DNA from: a virus | Lineage: Duplodnaviria > Caudoviricetes | DNA: 58,332 bases | IMG/VR virus record: IMGVR_UViG_3300037692_000546 | Coordinates: 1 to 58,332 of that record | Strand: one strand, 5' to 3' | Shown here: positions 8,547 to 18,763 of the stretch, piece after piece | Numbering within the stretch: position 1 is the first letter of the stretch | Layout of the letters: every line of letters begins with the position of its first letter | The notes under the pieces: generated by a model | Database searches by the model: none | Told to the model about the DNA's origin: nothing | What the model saw: the letters and a program-made list of their open reading frames with translations, nothing else | Position numbers and translations under genes: made by a program

Positions 8547-8841
8547 GGTGATCTCCAGGACAAAAGGAAGGAATGGAAACGAAAGACCCCCGACAAGGAG
8601 ATCTTCTCTACCCATCAAGATCCCAGAGGTTCCTGTGAGTTCCCCTGGGTGGCGAGGGCCCCCATACCCCGGTCCTACCGCCTCTTTCCGTTAGATAACC
8701 TCCAACGTGCATCGCAGTCGGTAAAATCAGTCCAGGAGGCCCCGGTACCCGTCTGTGGGGGTTGTTGGAGATAGATAAGGGGTCACCTGCACCGCAGTAA
8801 GAAAAAGCTCTTGGAGGCTATTGTGTTAATTAGCAGTTGTA

Positions 8842-8870
8842 TTTTCAATCGATACTTTGTAGTTTATACT
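8842..8870 (+). promoter_or_regulatory. candidate late-operon sigma70 promoter
   Basis: TTTTCA-17 bp-TATACT just upstream of the terS RBS GAGGAGG. Confidence 0.4.
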
Positions 8871-8886
8871 CCAACGAGGAGGGGTT

Positions 8887-9468
8887 ATGCCTTTTGGACC
8901 CAAGAATGAGCACAAGAATTATCTGGAAAGCTATGCTGAGCGTAAAGAGGCGTTGAGTGGTAATCATTCAGTGAGGCGGCCGATCCCGAAGATCGATTCG
9001 AGTGCAGTGAAGCGTAAGACGGGGGCGAAGAAAAAATATACCCCGACGCGGATGAAGAATTCGATCAACAAATATTTTGAGTTCTGCGAGACGCAGGACG
9101 AGATTCCGAGCATCAAGGGGATGATGATTCATCTGAAGATGTATCCGGAGACATTTTATATCTATCTAAAGTATCCGGAATTCACGGATATCATGGAGCA
9201 CGCCCGCCTGATTATTTCACATTGGACAGAGATGGATGTTTACAGTACCAAGGGTATGGCGGCGGGCAAGATTGCTTACATGAAGAATATCCATGGCTGG
9301 AGCGAGAAGATCGAGTCGAACAATCACAACACGACCCGGGTGATCACGGTTGACGAGGCGCGAGCGAAGATCGAGATGCTGGCGCCTAAATTATTGGAGA
9401 TTCTGCAGAGCGCCAACACGGTCAACCAGATTGGCGTGATTGAGGCGGAAGTGGTGGACGACAAATAA
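8887..9468 (+). CDS. terS: terminase small subunit (P22 gp3-like)
   Basis: YT...KYFEFC...PSIKG...EF...AR...YMKN..GWSEKIE pattern; position upstream of terL. Confidence 0.75.
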   Translation: MPFGPKNEHKNYLESYAERKEALSGNHSVRRPIPKIDSSAVKRKTGAKKKYTPTRMKNSINKYFEFCETQDEIPSIKGMMIHLKMYPETFYIYLKYPEFTDIMEHARLIISHWTEMDVYSTKGMAAGKIAYMKNIHGWSEKIESNNHNTTRVITVDEARAKIEMLAPKLLEILQSANTVNQIGVIEAEVVDDK

Positions 9469-9477
9469 GGGAGCTTT

Positions 9478-9750
9478 ATGTTAGAAGCGGTAATTACCAA
9501 AAGCGTGGTATTACAGGATAAGGAAACAGGCGGGCCGGTATTGATGGGGGTAGCGGAATACGGTTCCGACGCGGTCAACTTCAAAGTCAAGTACGACTGG
9601 GAGACGCTTGACCAGGAGGGCTTTCTGCTCGATCTGCGCGACAAGTTGGCGATGGGGTTCGATCTGCCGGTCTACCGCGTCGATCTACGGGAAAAGGAAC
9701 TGCTCGACAAGATGTGCCGTTTCGCCGCGGCGATCAAGGTTAATAAATGA
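9478..9750 (+). CDS. hypothetical protein
   Basis: RBS GGGAG, between terS and terL. Confidence 0.55.
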   Translation: MLEAVITKSVVLQDKETGGPVLMGVAEYGSDAVNFKVKYDWETLDQEGFLLDLRDKLAMGFDLPVYRVDLREKELLDKMCRFAAAIKVNK

Positions 9751-11240
9751 GCCGTCTGGAACAGTTGACCAAAAGCCTCGTCGAGGTTTATGCCAACAAG
9801 CTCTCCGAGCAGGAGCAGAAGGAGCTAATGGCGTGCCTGGAGGTATTGGCCAACGACCAGAAGTATAACAAGTTTACCAACTACTTTCCCGATGAAGGTG
9901 AATATCGCCGCGAGCTCTATCCGAAACAGGTTTCGTTCTTCGATGCGGGAAAAACCTATAAAGAACGCGGGTTTGTAGCTGCCAACAGGGTAGGAAAAAG
10001 TGAAGCGGGCTGTTATGAAGTCACCTGCCACTCCACCGGGTTGTATCCCGATTGGTGGACAGGCTTACGCTTCACCCACCCGACACTGATCTGGGTCGGC
10101 GGCGATACCACGCAAACGGTCCGCGATATCATTCAGAAGAAACTGGTTGGCGATTTCACCGATATGGGTAGCGGCATGTTACCCAAAGCCACCATCCTCG
10201 ATTTCAAAACCAAACGTAACGTCCCCGAAGCAATCGAAACCCTCAAGGTCCAACACATCTCCGGCGGCACCACCCTTATCGTCTTCAAAACCTACGAACA
10301 GGGCCGAGCTACCTGGCAGGGCACTGAGGTCGACTTTATCTGGGTCGACGAGGAATGCCCGCAGGACGTTTACGGCGAAGCCTTGATCCGCCTGATGACC
10401 ACCAAGGGCTCGATCATCACCACCTTCACCCCACTGCAAGGGGTTACGCCGCTGGTGCTGGACTTCCTCGACAATTCACAGGAAACCGACGCCAAGTACC
10501 CGAAGTACGTCGAGATCTGTACCTGGGACGACGTGCCGCATCTCTCCGAAGAAGAGAAGGCCAAGACACTCGCCAACACCCCCCCACAATTACGCGATGC
10601 CCGCTCGAAAGGCATCCCGACGGTCGGCACTGGGCTGGTCTATCCGGTCGATACCAGCCTGCTGGTAGTCGATGATTTCCCAATCCCAATGCACTACAAG
10701 AAGCTTTACGCCCTCGACGTCGGCTGGAACAACACCGCTGCCTTGTGGGGCGCCTGGGACATCGACAACGATATTATCTATATCTATTCCGAACATAAGC
10801 AGGGCCAGGCCGAACCGATCGTGCACGCTAAAGCGATCAAAGCCAGAGGCGCCTGGATCCCGGGTGAAATCGATCCCGCAGCACAAGGAAGGTCGCAGGC
10901 TGATGGTGAAGCGTTGTTTGACCTTTACTCACTTCCCGAGCCGAAGGGTTGCGGGCTGAAATTATTCCCGGCAATAAACGCCGTAGAATCAGGCATCTTC
11001 ACCGTTTGGGAACGGATGACCACTGGCAGAGTAAAAATATTCCGCAGCTGTGTAGGTTTGTTACGCGAATTAAGCTTGTATCATCGCAACGAAGAGGGCA
11101 AGATAGTCAAAAAAAATGACCATCTGGTCGACGACTTGCGTTATCTGCTCAATGCCCCTTCCAATCATTGGGCGTATCAGCCACGACCGAGACAGCGCAA
11201 AGTGATCGATTACAATCTATATATGAAGGCTTGCACCTGA
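9747..11240 (+). CDS. terL: terminase large subunit (P22 gp2-like)
   Basis: Walker A AANRVGKS, FKTYEQGR..WQG, Walker B WVDEE, TFTP coupling motif, nuclease ALDVGW and DHLVDDLRY. Confidence 0.95.
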   Translation: MSRLEQLTKSLVEVYANKLSEQEQKELMACLEVLANDQKYNKFTNYFPDEGEYRRELYPKQVSFFDAGKTYKERGFVAANRVGKSEAGCYEVTCHSTGLYPDWWTGLRFTHPTLIWVGGDTTQTVRDIIQKKLVGDFTDMGSGMLPKATILDFKTKRNVPEAIETLKVQHISGGTTLIVFKTYEQGRATWQGTEVDFIWVDEECPQDVYGEALIRLMTTKGSIITTFTPLQGVTPLVLDFLDNSQETDAKYPKYVEICTWDDVPHLSEEEKAKTLANTPPQLRDARSKGIPTVGTGLVYPVDTSLLVVDDFPIPMHYKKLYALDVGWNNTAALWGAWDIDNDIIYIYSEHKQGQAEPIVHAKAIKARGAWIPGEIDPAAQGRSQADGEALFDLYSLPEPKGCGLKLFPAINAVESGIFTVWERMTTGRVKIFRSCVGLLRELSLYHRNEEGKIVKKNDHLVDDLRYLLNAPSNHWAYQPRPRQRKVIDYNLYMKACT

Positions 11241-11251
11241 AAGGAGAGCCG

Positions 11252-11551
11252 ATGGCCAGTTTAAAGGAAACCCTGGACAAGGGTCTGGTAAGTCTCAAGA
11301 TGCCGTCGTTCAAACCCAAAAAGAGCGAGCCGGATTGTTGCCCAGAGGAAATCTACCCTTACGGCACAAGTATCGAGCTGCGCAAGGAACAGATCACCGC
11401 CCTGGGTTTGAAGCTCGAAGATCTCGCCGTGGGCCAGGTCCTGACTTTGACTGGCAAGGCCAGACTGCAGTTGATGTCGGAATCGGAAAACACCGACTCG
11501 TATTCACAGCAGCTCACGCTGCAAATCACCGACCTCAAAATTACGGAGTAA
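11252..11551 (+). CDS. capsid staple-like virion protein
   Basis: YPYG.SI.L...LG...VG...QITD pattern; start at ATG 11252 after AAGGAG. Confidence 0.5.
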   Translation: MASLKETLDKGLVSLKMPSFKPKKSEPDCCPEEIYPYGTSIELRKEQITALGLKLEDLAVGQVLTLTGKARLQLMSESENTDSYSQQLTLQITDLKITE

Positions 11552-11554
11552 ATC

Positions 11555-11722
11555 ATGGCCTCCCTGAACGAACGGCTCAAAAAAGCCAACACAGCGTTAC
11601 CCGCCAAAAAACCAGCCAAAAACAAACTGTCCGTTCCTGGTAGTGGCGCGGCCAAGCAGGTTGAAAACGCGATTCGCGCCCGCCAAAAAGCAATCGACGA
11701 TCTGATGGCGGAAATGGACTGA
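11555..11722 (+). CDS. small basic hypothetical protein (55 aa)
   Basis: Manual translation MASLNERLKKANTALPAKK...; fills the gap before the portal. Confidence 0.5.
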   Translation: MASLNERLKKANTALPAKKPAKNKLSVPGSGAAKQVENAIRARQKAIDDLMAEMD

Positions 11723-11723
11723 T

Positions 11724-13817
11724 ATGGCGCTGCCGATCACGCGACCCAACACCACTGGCGATCCAACGGCTGATTTAGCGTTTCTAGCTGAGAAGCTAGA
11801 AGACCAGCGGCCGATCATTAAACAACTGGCCAAACATATTGACAGTGTTTGGAAACAGAATGTCGAGGGGTTTAAGGCGGTTCGGCAGCAGATGGTTTGT
11901 GACTTAAAACGGATCCGAGGCGAGTACAGTGACGATATGAAGGCGGCGCTGAAAGCCTTTCGCGGTTCCGAGGCCTATTTCCGTAATGCGGAAAATAAAT
12001 GCCGTGCCGCGACCTCCTGGGTCAAGGATATCTATAAAGGTGACCAGGACCTGCCGTGGGCGCTGGAGCCGACCGCAGTACCGACCCTGCCAGATGAAAC
12101 CCTGGCCGAAATCACCACCCAAACCCAACAGCAGGCCATGACCCTGCAACAGGATCTGGCTCAACGCGGTCTGCCGGTTGATCAGTTCAGTGTCTCAAAA
12201 ATCATCAACGACTATTATCAGGAACAACTCGATCTGGCCAAAGAGGATTTGAACAAGGAAGCCAAGGAGCGCTGTCTACGAGCCGAGAAACTAATCCGCG
12301 ACCAGAACCAGGAAGCCGGTTGGAACGACGCCTTCAAAGACTTCCTCTGGTACTTCGTCCGCCTCAAGTTTGGCGCCATCAAGGGCCCAGTCCTGACCAA
12401 AAAGAAGAAACCGCAGTGGATCGTCAACCCCGACGGCTTGATCGAAATGACCACCGTTGAAGACTTGGCTTTCGAGGTCTATGCCCCATCGCCGTTCAAT
12501 CTCTTCCCCTCCCTAACTAAAGGAGGCGACCTGGTTGAATTGCACGAACTGTCGCGCCAGGATATTGCCAACCTGATCGGGGTGCCGGGTTACGAGGAAA
12601 AGGAACTGCGCACAGTACTCGACCTGATCGACAACAAGAAACTGAAAGCGAAGTGGCTAACCCTCGACGACGAAAAACAAGTCAAACAACTGATCGACAA
12701 TCTCGGTGTCAACGCCCCGACCACGCCGGTCACGCAGATCGCGTCCGGTGAAACCGGCGAACTCTATCATGCGCAGGAATTCTACGGTTCGGTGTCGGGC
12801 AAACTGCTGATCGAGTGGGACGAACAAGGCGAACTTGGCGAACTCGATACCGCCCGCCAGTATCAGGTCAACTGCTGGAAGATCGGCGAACACGTCATCA
12901 AGGCAGTGGTCAACCCCGATCCCCTTGGCCGCAAGCCGTATCACTTCTCCTCCTGGGCCAAAACTCCAGGCGCCGTAGTTGGCGAAGGCTTGATCGAATT
13001 CTCCGCGCCAGTCGAAGATGCCATGAATGCGGTGGTCCGTGCCCTGATCAACAACTGCGGGATCGCTTCCGGGCCGATGGCTGAAGTGGACAAGGACCGG
13101 GTCGACACAAGCCAGCCGATCTATCCCTGGCGGCAGATCGAATCGACTTCCAAGCAGATGCGTTCCGACGGGCCGGCGGTGAATTATTACCAGCCGCAGA
13201 TGCACGTCCAGGAGTTGGTCACCGCCTACAATTTCTTCTCGCAGATTCTCGACGAAATGACTGTACCGTCTTACGCCCAGGGCGCCAGTCAAAGTGGCGT
13301 GACCGCCGGTACCGCGACAGTCTTTACTCAACTACTGGCAGCTGCCTCACGCGCCATAAAGGCGGTGGTGGCCAACGTTGATGACGATGTGATTGGTCCC
13401 TATCTACGGATGTGCTACGACCACAACATGCGCTTCAGTGATGACCAGACGATCAAGGGCGACGCCAACGTGGTGCCGAAAGGGGTCAATGGGTTACTGG
13501 CCCGCGAGCAAGCAGCACAGCGCAAGATCGAGTTCATGCAGGTAACCGCCAACCCCTACTACATGCAGATTCTTGGAGCTAAAAACATCGGCGCCATTCT
13601 CGCCCAGATCGCCCAGGCCAACGATATCGACCTGCCGGACAAAGCCCGCCTCGAAGGTGGTGAGTCGGCCGAAATGGCGCTTAATCAACTGATCGCCACT
13701 ATGAGTGGCGCTGATCCGGTACAGGACAATGGCCAGATGGCTAATGGTGGCGGAGCACCGACCCAGCCCCAAGGACTCAACCCGGACGGCTCGACAGCGG
13801 GGGTGAATAATGGATGA
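11724..13817 (+). CDS. portal protein (podovirus type)
   Basis: 697 aa after terL; G.IKGP, VIKAVVNPDPLGRKPY, TA...QLL.AA...IK.VV.NVD helical portal pattern. Confidence 0.85.
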   Translation: MALPITRPNTTGDPTADLAFLAEKLEDQRPIIKQLAKHIDSVWKQNVEGFKAVRQQMVCDLKRIRGEYSDDMKAALKAFRGSEAYFRNAENKCRAATSWVKDIYKGDQDLPWALEPTAVPTLPDETLAEITTQTQQQAMTLQQDLAQRGLPVDQFSVSKIINDYYQEQLDLAKEDLNKEAKERCLRAEKLIRDQNQEAGWNDAFKDFLWYFVRLKFGAIKGPVLTKKKKPQWIVNPDGLIEMTTVEDLAFEVYAPSPFNLFPSLTKGGDLVELHELSRQDIANLIGVPGYEEKELRTVLDLIDNKKLKAKWLTLDDEKQVKQLIDNLGVNAPTTPVTQIASGETGELYHAQEFYGSVSGKLLIEWDEQGELGELDTARQYQVNCWKIGEHVIKAVVNPDPLGRKPYHFSSWAKTPGAVVGEGLIEFSAPVEDAMNAVVRALINNCGIASGPMAEVDKDRVDTSQPIYPWRQIESTSKQMRSDGPAVNYYQPQMHVQELVTAYNFFSQILDEMTVPSYAQGASQSGVTAGTATVFTQLLAAASRAIKAVVANVDDDVIGPYLRMCYDHNMRFSDDQTIKGDANVVPKGVNGLLAREQAAQRKIEFMQVTANPYYMQILGAKNIGAILAQIAQANDIDLPDKARLEGGESAEMALNQLIATMSGADPVQDNGQMANGGGAPTQPQGLNPDGSTAGVNNG

Positions 13818-14046
13818 TCAAACCCGCCAGTTGCTTAAGCGGATCAAGCACAGTGCCGACGGGCCCGAGTTTCTGGAATATCTGCGGTTTCTGTCGCTGC
13901 ATAATTACGCAGCGTTCAAGCGCGACGCTCAGGAGTATAACGAACTGCATAAAGGAATAGCCCTGGCCTATGACCAGATCTTAGAAGACTTTGCTGGTTG
14001 TGAAGAAGCAGACAAAGCGATAAACCCGATTAACATTTGGCGCTAA
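13810..14046 (+). CDS. hypothetical head-module protein
   Basis: Overlaps the portal stop. Confidence 0.55.
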   Translation: MDDQTRQLLKRIKHSADGPEFLEYLRFLSLHNYAAFKRDAQEYNELHKGIALAYDQILEDFAGCEEADKAINPINIWR

Positions 14047-14094
14047 CCCCAACCAAGGGAGACCGCTCAAGCCGGCCCCTGAAAGGTTTCAACG

Positions 14095-15015
14095 ATGAGC
14101 ACTAACAACGAAGAGTTCAAGTACCCCAAACAGGTCGTCGATAACGCCACCATGGCCGAGGAATTCATCGGACGGCTCAATGAGCCAGACCCGGAAGAAG
14201 AAACCGAAGAGCTGGAAGTGACGGAAGAAACGACCGAAGAAATCCCGGTCGAAGAAGACGAAGAGCCCAGTTTTCGGGAAAGATACCTGACCCTCAAAGG
14301 CAAGTACGACGCCGAGGTGCCCCGCCTTTCCTCGGAGCTTAAACAGCTCAAGCAATCGGTCTTCGATCGATTGGGACAGATGACCCCCGCGCCGAAAGAA
14401 GAGCCGGCAGCCACAGAAGAAGATCCGATTATCGCCCAGTTCCGCGAGGAATTCGGAGACGATCATGCCAATCTGATGCTGAAGTTGATCGATGCCCGCG
14501 GCCGGGAAACCCTGAAGACCGAAATGAAACCGGTCCAGGAAAAGGTTCAGTCGGTAGAAGAAGCCCAACTCAATGCTGCCCGCGACGACTTCGCCCGCAT
14601 ACTGGATACGAAGGTCGAACAAGGTAAGTGGCGCGAGTTGTGGGAAGGTAGGGATCCGAAGTTCGGCGAATTCCTGGCGTCGCCCGATCCCAGCGGGTTG
14701 TATACCTATGGGGAGCTGGTGAAGCTGTATTCCGATAAATGGGATGCCGATCGGTTGTCCAAGGTGTTCAACACCTATCTGGGCCAAACGCCCCAGGCGC
14801 CCCAGGCTAAACCGAACAAGGAGAAAGAGGCGCTGATTGCTCCGTCGCGCAGCACCACCACCACACCTCCGGTGGGGACCGAGGCGGTCATCTGGACCAC
14901 TGCTTCGATCCGCCAATTCGAAAAGGACGACCGAGCTGGCAAAATCACCCCGGAAGAATCGGCGCGGCTGTGGAATGATCTGCTGCTGGCTCCGGCTGAA
15001 AACCGTATTCGCTGA
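14095..15015 (+). CDS. capsid scaffolding protein
   Basis: Acidic/coiled-coil, RY.TLKGKYDAEVPRL motif, directly upstream of the MCP. Confidence 0.75.
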   Translation: MSTNNEEFKYPKQVVDNATMAEEFIGRLNEPDPEEETEELEVTEETTEEIPVEEDEEPSFRERYLTLKGKYDAEVPRLSSELKQLKQSVFDRLGQMTPAPKEEPAATEEDPIIAQFREEFGDDHANLMLKLIDARGRETLKTEMKPVQEKVQSVEEAQLNAARDDFARILDTKVEQGKWRELWEGRDPKFGEFLASPDPSGLYTYGELVKLYSDKWDADRLSKVFNTYLGQTPQAPQAKPNKEKEALIAPSRSTTTTPPVGTEAVIWTTASIRQFEKDDRAGKITPEESARLWNDLLLAPAENRIR

Positions 15016-15100
15016 AACTAACGTCAACCGCCCGTCGCGAGACGCGCCAATCCCTAAAACCCGCTGTGAAGTCCCCAGCTGGTAAGATGGAGTTTTTATT

Positions 15101-16135
15101 ATGGCCGTATATCCCGTTCAACCCGGTAGCCCCGACTACAGTACCGGCTCTTCCAGCCAGTACATCTCCGCGGTTTATTCCGCGCTGCTGGTCAAGAAGT
15201 TTTACCCGACGACCCTGTTCGGTAAAATTGCTCAGACCGATTACGAAGGCGATATCAAGGATATGGGCGATACCGTCTATATTCGCACTCGCCCGACCAT
15301 CGAAACCTTCCGTTACAAAAAAGGTATGGTGCTGCCGGTTCAGAATCCCGACAGCCCGTATGTGACCTTGAAGATCGACCAAGGTGAAGGCTTCTCCTTC
15401 GCCATCGACCGGGTCGACGAGTTCCAGTCCGACATCAAATTGATGAACGAATGGGGCAAGGACGCCGCCGAGCAGATGAAGCAGATCATCGACCGCAACT
15501 TGCTGATCTCCATGGCCGCTGCCGGGGCCGTCGCCGGGGGTCAGCTCGCCACCACCATTAGCGGTTACGACGCCGCCTACGGCATGCCGAGTTTCAGTGA
15601 ATTCACCGCTGCCAAAAAGGCAATCGTCGACGGCTCCACCACCGTCAAAGGTACGGCCATCGTGCTCGGCACCTCCGCCGCTTCGATCTCAGCCAACACC
15701 GGCGACAAGATCTCGGCCCAGATCCTCAAGTACGGCCGCTATCTCGACGAAAACAACGCTCCGGAAGAAGGCCGCTTCGTCGTGTTGCCGGTTTGGGTCG
15801 GCCAGAACTTGAAGAGCCTGGCGTCCAACAACTTCGGTCTGGCCTACGCCACCGGGCAGAATATGGCGCCCGCCCTGGCCGGAAAGATCCCCGGTATCGA
15901 CCGCTTCGAGCTCTATTTTTCCAACAACTTGCCCGCTTCCACCGAAGCGGCCACCGACGTTTCTTCGGCAATCTTCGGCTGCAAGTACGGCACGACCTTC
16001 GCTACCCAGATCACCGAGTCGCGCATTATCGATAATCCCTTCTCTTTCGGCAAGATGATGCAGGGCCTGCAAGTCTACGGCTTCAACATTATCAAACCGT
16101 CGGTGGTTGGTGTCGACTTCCTCAAAAACGCATAA
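15101..16135 (+). CDS. major capsid protein (HK97 fold)
   Basis: KKFY..T.FG.IA.TDYEG.I...GDTV.IR, LDENN.P.EGRF, GLQVYG motifs; strong codon bias; followed by a hairpin. Confidence 0.9.
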   Translation: MAVYPVQPGSPDYSTGSSSQYISAVYSALLVKKFYPTTLFGKIAQTDYEGDIKDMGDTVYIRTRPTIETFRYKKGMVLPVQNPDSPYVTLKIDQGEGFSFAIDRVDEFQSDIKLMNEWGKDAAEQMKQIIDRNLLISMAAAGAVAGGQLATTISGYDAAYGMPSFSEFTAAKKAIVDGSTTVKGTAIVLGTSAASISANTGDKISAQILKYGRYLDENNAPEEGRFVVLPVWVGQNLKSLASNNFGLAYATGQNMAPALAGKIPGIDRFELYFSNNLPASTEAATDVSSAIFGCKYGTTFATQITESRIIDNPFSFGKMMQGLQVYGFNIIKPSVVGVDFLKNA

Positions 16136-16140
16136 TCATC

Positions 16141-16168
16141 CGGGGGCGGTTTCGGCTGCCCCCGCTTT
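16141..16168 (+). terminator. hairpin/terminator after MCP
   Basis: CGGGGGCGGT-TTCG-GCTGCCCCCG-CTTT. Confidence 0.55.
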
Positions 16169-16182
16169 AAAGGAGCATCACT

Positions 16183-16647
16183 ATGGCTGTTATTGCTGAT
16201 ATGGTCGTCGTCGAGGGGCAGAGTATTCCGGCCGCTCTTGCGACCCGCGCCAACGCCGTGTATACCCGCACGGTAAAATTCACCATCCTCGCTGACGTAA
16301 CCGCCGCGACCGCCGATCTGACCGGCTTGAAACTGCCCCCAGGAACCCTGGTCCTTGGCGCGGCCCTGAAAACATCCGCCGACTTCGGCGCCACCGCGAC
16401 TCTGGCCTTCAAGACCGAAACCGCCGGGGTAACCTTTGTTGCTGCCGCCGCCCGCCGCGCTACCGCTTCGCTGACCATCGGCGACGGAGTAGCCCTGGCA
16501 GTCCCTCCGACCGCTACCGCCGACGATCAAGTGCAGGTGGTGTTGGCTGCGGCCGCCGCACCGGCCACCGACACTGACTTCGAACTGACCCTGGTATTGT
16601 GCACCGTTGGGGATTCTGCTTCCGGATTGGCCACTTTCACTAACTAA
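16183..16647 (+). CDS. capsid decoration/cement protein (putative)
   Basis: Ala/Thr-rich beta protein immediately after the MCP. Confidence 0.55.
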   Translation: MAVIADMVVVEGQSIPAALATRANAVYTRTVKFTILADVTAATADLTGLKLPPGTLVLGAALKTSADFGATATLAFKTETAGVTFVAAAARRATASLTIGDGVALAVPPTATADDQVQVVLAAAAAPATDTDFELTLVLCTVGDSASGLATFTN

Positions 16648-16665
16648 GTAAGCTGATCATAGACC

Positions 16666-16693
16666 TGAGCGGGAGGGGCAACTCTCCCGCTCA
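16666..16693 (+). other. stable GNRA-loop hairpin
   Basis: TGAGCGGGAGGG-GCAA-CTCTCCCGCTCA. Confidence 0.5.
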
Positions 16694-16704
16694 ATGGAGG
16701 CTTT

Positions 16705-17079
16705 ATGTCGCAAAAAAAACCCGAAGAACAACGCTATCTGGATATGCTCGATGTGCTCGAAGAAAAGATGCTGGCCTTGTCCGAGGCCGCTATCGAAGAG
16801 ATCAACGAGCTTAAAGCCCGGATCGAGTTCCTGGAACGGAAGAAAACTGGTGCCTCAATCCAAAAACTTGAAGGGTTCAACGGTGAAGAGCTTCCACCAG
16901 TCCAAGACAATACCCGAATGAACGACTGGGATAAGCTGGCTTCGATCCGCAATGCGATCAAGATCCTGCCGCCAAACCTAATTGTTGACGGCCGACATCT
17001 GGCAAGCAATATTGAAGCGATCTGCGGCTTCAAGGTCTCCGAGGAGATGCTGGACGCCGCTTATGAGGAGAAGGCATGA
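16705..17079 (+). CDS. hypothetical protein
   Basis: RBS GGAGG. Confidence 0.6.
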   Translation: MSQKKPEEQRYLDMLDVLEEKMLALSEAAIEEINELKARIEFLERKKTGASIQKLEGFNGEELPPVQDNTRMNDWDKLASIRNAIKILPPNLIVDGRHLASNIEAICGFKVSEEMLDAAYEEKA

Positions 17080-17819
17080 ATCTGCGCGAGATCCGGGAAG
17101 AGTGCTGGGACCAGGCCAGGGAGCTGAAAAGCGAAGACAAACTTTGGCCAGAAGAGGAAATGAACCGGTATATCAACCGGATCTATCGCCGGATTGCCGA
17201 AGAGACTTTCTGTATTCGCGATGCAACCACCCCAGCGGTCTGCCTAATCTCCTCAGCGCCGCTCGACCATACGACCTATACCGAAGGTACCCTCGACTAT
17301 CTGCTGGCCAATGACACCGCTTCCTGGCTCTATCAACAGGATGTCGCACCGCTGCTGCACACACTACACGCCTCGATCCTGCGAATCGATGAAGTAAAGT
17401 GGTTGTCACGCGGATTTACGCTGCACAAGGTCTCGGCTGGCAAATGGATGGAGAATGCTTTCTGGGAGCAGACAATTGGCGTCCCAACCGAATACGCCCT
17501 TGATCTGGAAACCGGTAAGCTGGCGGTTAACTTCCGCGATCAGGGCAGTGATACTCTCAAGCTCTGTGTGCGGCGCCTTCCGCTGACCACCTTAACCGAT
17601 GACGCCAATATCCCTGAGATTCCCGCCGCATACCATGAAGCGTTTATGCCTGGGGTGTTGGAACTGATGTATGCCAAAAAAGACTCAGAAGTGTTTGATG
17701 TCGATAAGGCGCTGGGATACAGAGGAGAGTTTAAGTACCAACTGGAACGGATCGCCCGACTGGAGATCCAGCGCGAATGGCGCCTGCAGCCCACCGCCGT
17801 GGCGAGAGCCTTCCGATGA
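17076..17819 (+). CDS. head-tail adaptor (tail tubular A-like)
   Basis: LW..EEM.RYIN, G.P..Y, PEIP..YH pattern typical of podovirus adaptors. Confidence 0.7.
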   Translation: MNLREIREECWDQARELKSEDKLWPEEEMNRYINRIYRRIAEETFCIRDATTPAVCLISSAPLDHTTYTEGTLDYLLANDTASWLYQQDVAPLLHTLHASILRIDEVKWLSRGFTLHKVSAGKWMENAFWEQTIGVPTEYALDLETGKLAVNFRDQGSDTLKLCVRRLPLTTLTDDANIPEIPAAYHEAFMPGVLELMYAKKDSEVFDVDKALGYRGEFKYQLERIARLEIQREWRLQPTAVARAFR

Positions 17820-18751
17820 GAGCGTTTGAGCTAAACCTTTATAAAGGGGTCACCAACCTAAGGGAAACAGCCGAAGGGGAACGGCTCGAAGAGTTGGCTC
17901 AAGCGGTCAATCTCGACCTGACCAATGAACGCCAGGGACGGCTTCGCAAGGGCCGGGTGCAGCGCCTGGCAGTCACCGCGCCGCACAGTTTACAAGTCAG
18001 TCCTTACAATAGCCAAATCGCCTGGTTTGTTACCGAAGGAATCCTTAAGGTTTTACAGCCTGGTTACACTGCTGTCGACTTAGTAACACTGAGCACCAAC
18101 ACTCGCTTAAGTTATGCCTTTTTCAATCAGGAAGTCGTCGCATCCAATGGGGCGGAGATCGGCTGGCTGAGCGCCGCGGAGTTTGTCCCGTTTGCGCCGA
18201 CCCTAGGTGTGTTCGAAGCGGTGATGCCGGCCGGACAATATCTGGCTTTCTTTAAAGGCTCGCTGCTAGTCGCCCGGGGCTCCGTCTTATATGTGAGCAA
18301 ACCATATAATGCTGAAATTCGTGACGAGCGCTTTTCCGAATTCCCGCTCGACGGTTATATCCGTATGCTCGGAACTGTTGAAGATGGGATCTGGCTGGCG
18401 ACCGATAATGGCGTTTATTTTCTCGGCGGAGCTGGTGCTGAGGAATGGACCATGCAGAACCGTTCGGACCAGGTCCCGGCGGACGGCTGTTTTGGCAGCG
18501 GATTTGTTCGGGAAAAAGAAGAGATCCGGCAGCTTGTTTATTGGGCGGCCGACGGCTTTTATGAAGGACGTGCCGGCGGCGCTTTGGAGAATTTGTCCGA
18601 AGGTTTGGTAAGACTGCCAAAAGGTATTACCGGCGAGTGTTTCCGCCGCGAAGCTGATGGCATGACGCAGTATATCGCCGTAATACACGGTGCAGAAGAT
18701 GGCAATATCCCGGCTGCTCATTCATTCGAGGTCCATACCCTTTACTCGTAG
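17816..18751 (+). CDS. tail nozzle-like beta-propeller protein (N-terminal portion)
   Basis: KGVTN, L.QAVNLD....G.LRKG, F.G.L.VA.G..LY.S.P motifs; ATGA-coupled start at 17816. Confidence 0.55.
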   Translation: MRAFELNLYKGVTNLRETAEGERLEELAQAVNLDLTNERQGRLRKGRVQRLAVTAPHSLQVSPYNSQIAWFVTEGILKVLQPGYTAVDLVTLSTNTRLSYAFFNQEVVASNGAEIGWLSAAEFVPFAPTLGVFEAVMPAGQYLAFFKGSLLVARGSVLYVSKPYNAEIRDERFSEFPLDGYIRMLGTVEDGIWLATDNGVYFLGGAGAEEWTMQNRSDQVPADGCFGSGFVREKEEIRQLVYWAADGFYEGRAGGALENLSEGLVRLPKGITGECFRREADGMTQYIAVIHGAEDGNIPAAHSFEVHTLYS

Positions 18752-18763
18752 GAGATTTTACTT

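Noticed and set aside
7641-8887. tRNA genes or a defined cos/pac site in the hairpin-rich intergenic zone
   Set aside because: No cloverleaf or T-loop consensus was seen, and a packaging site cannot be placed from sequence alone.
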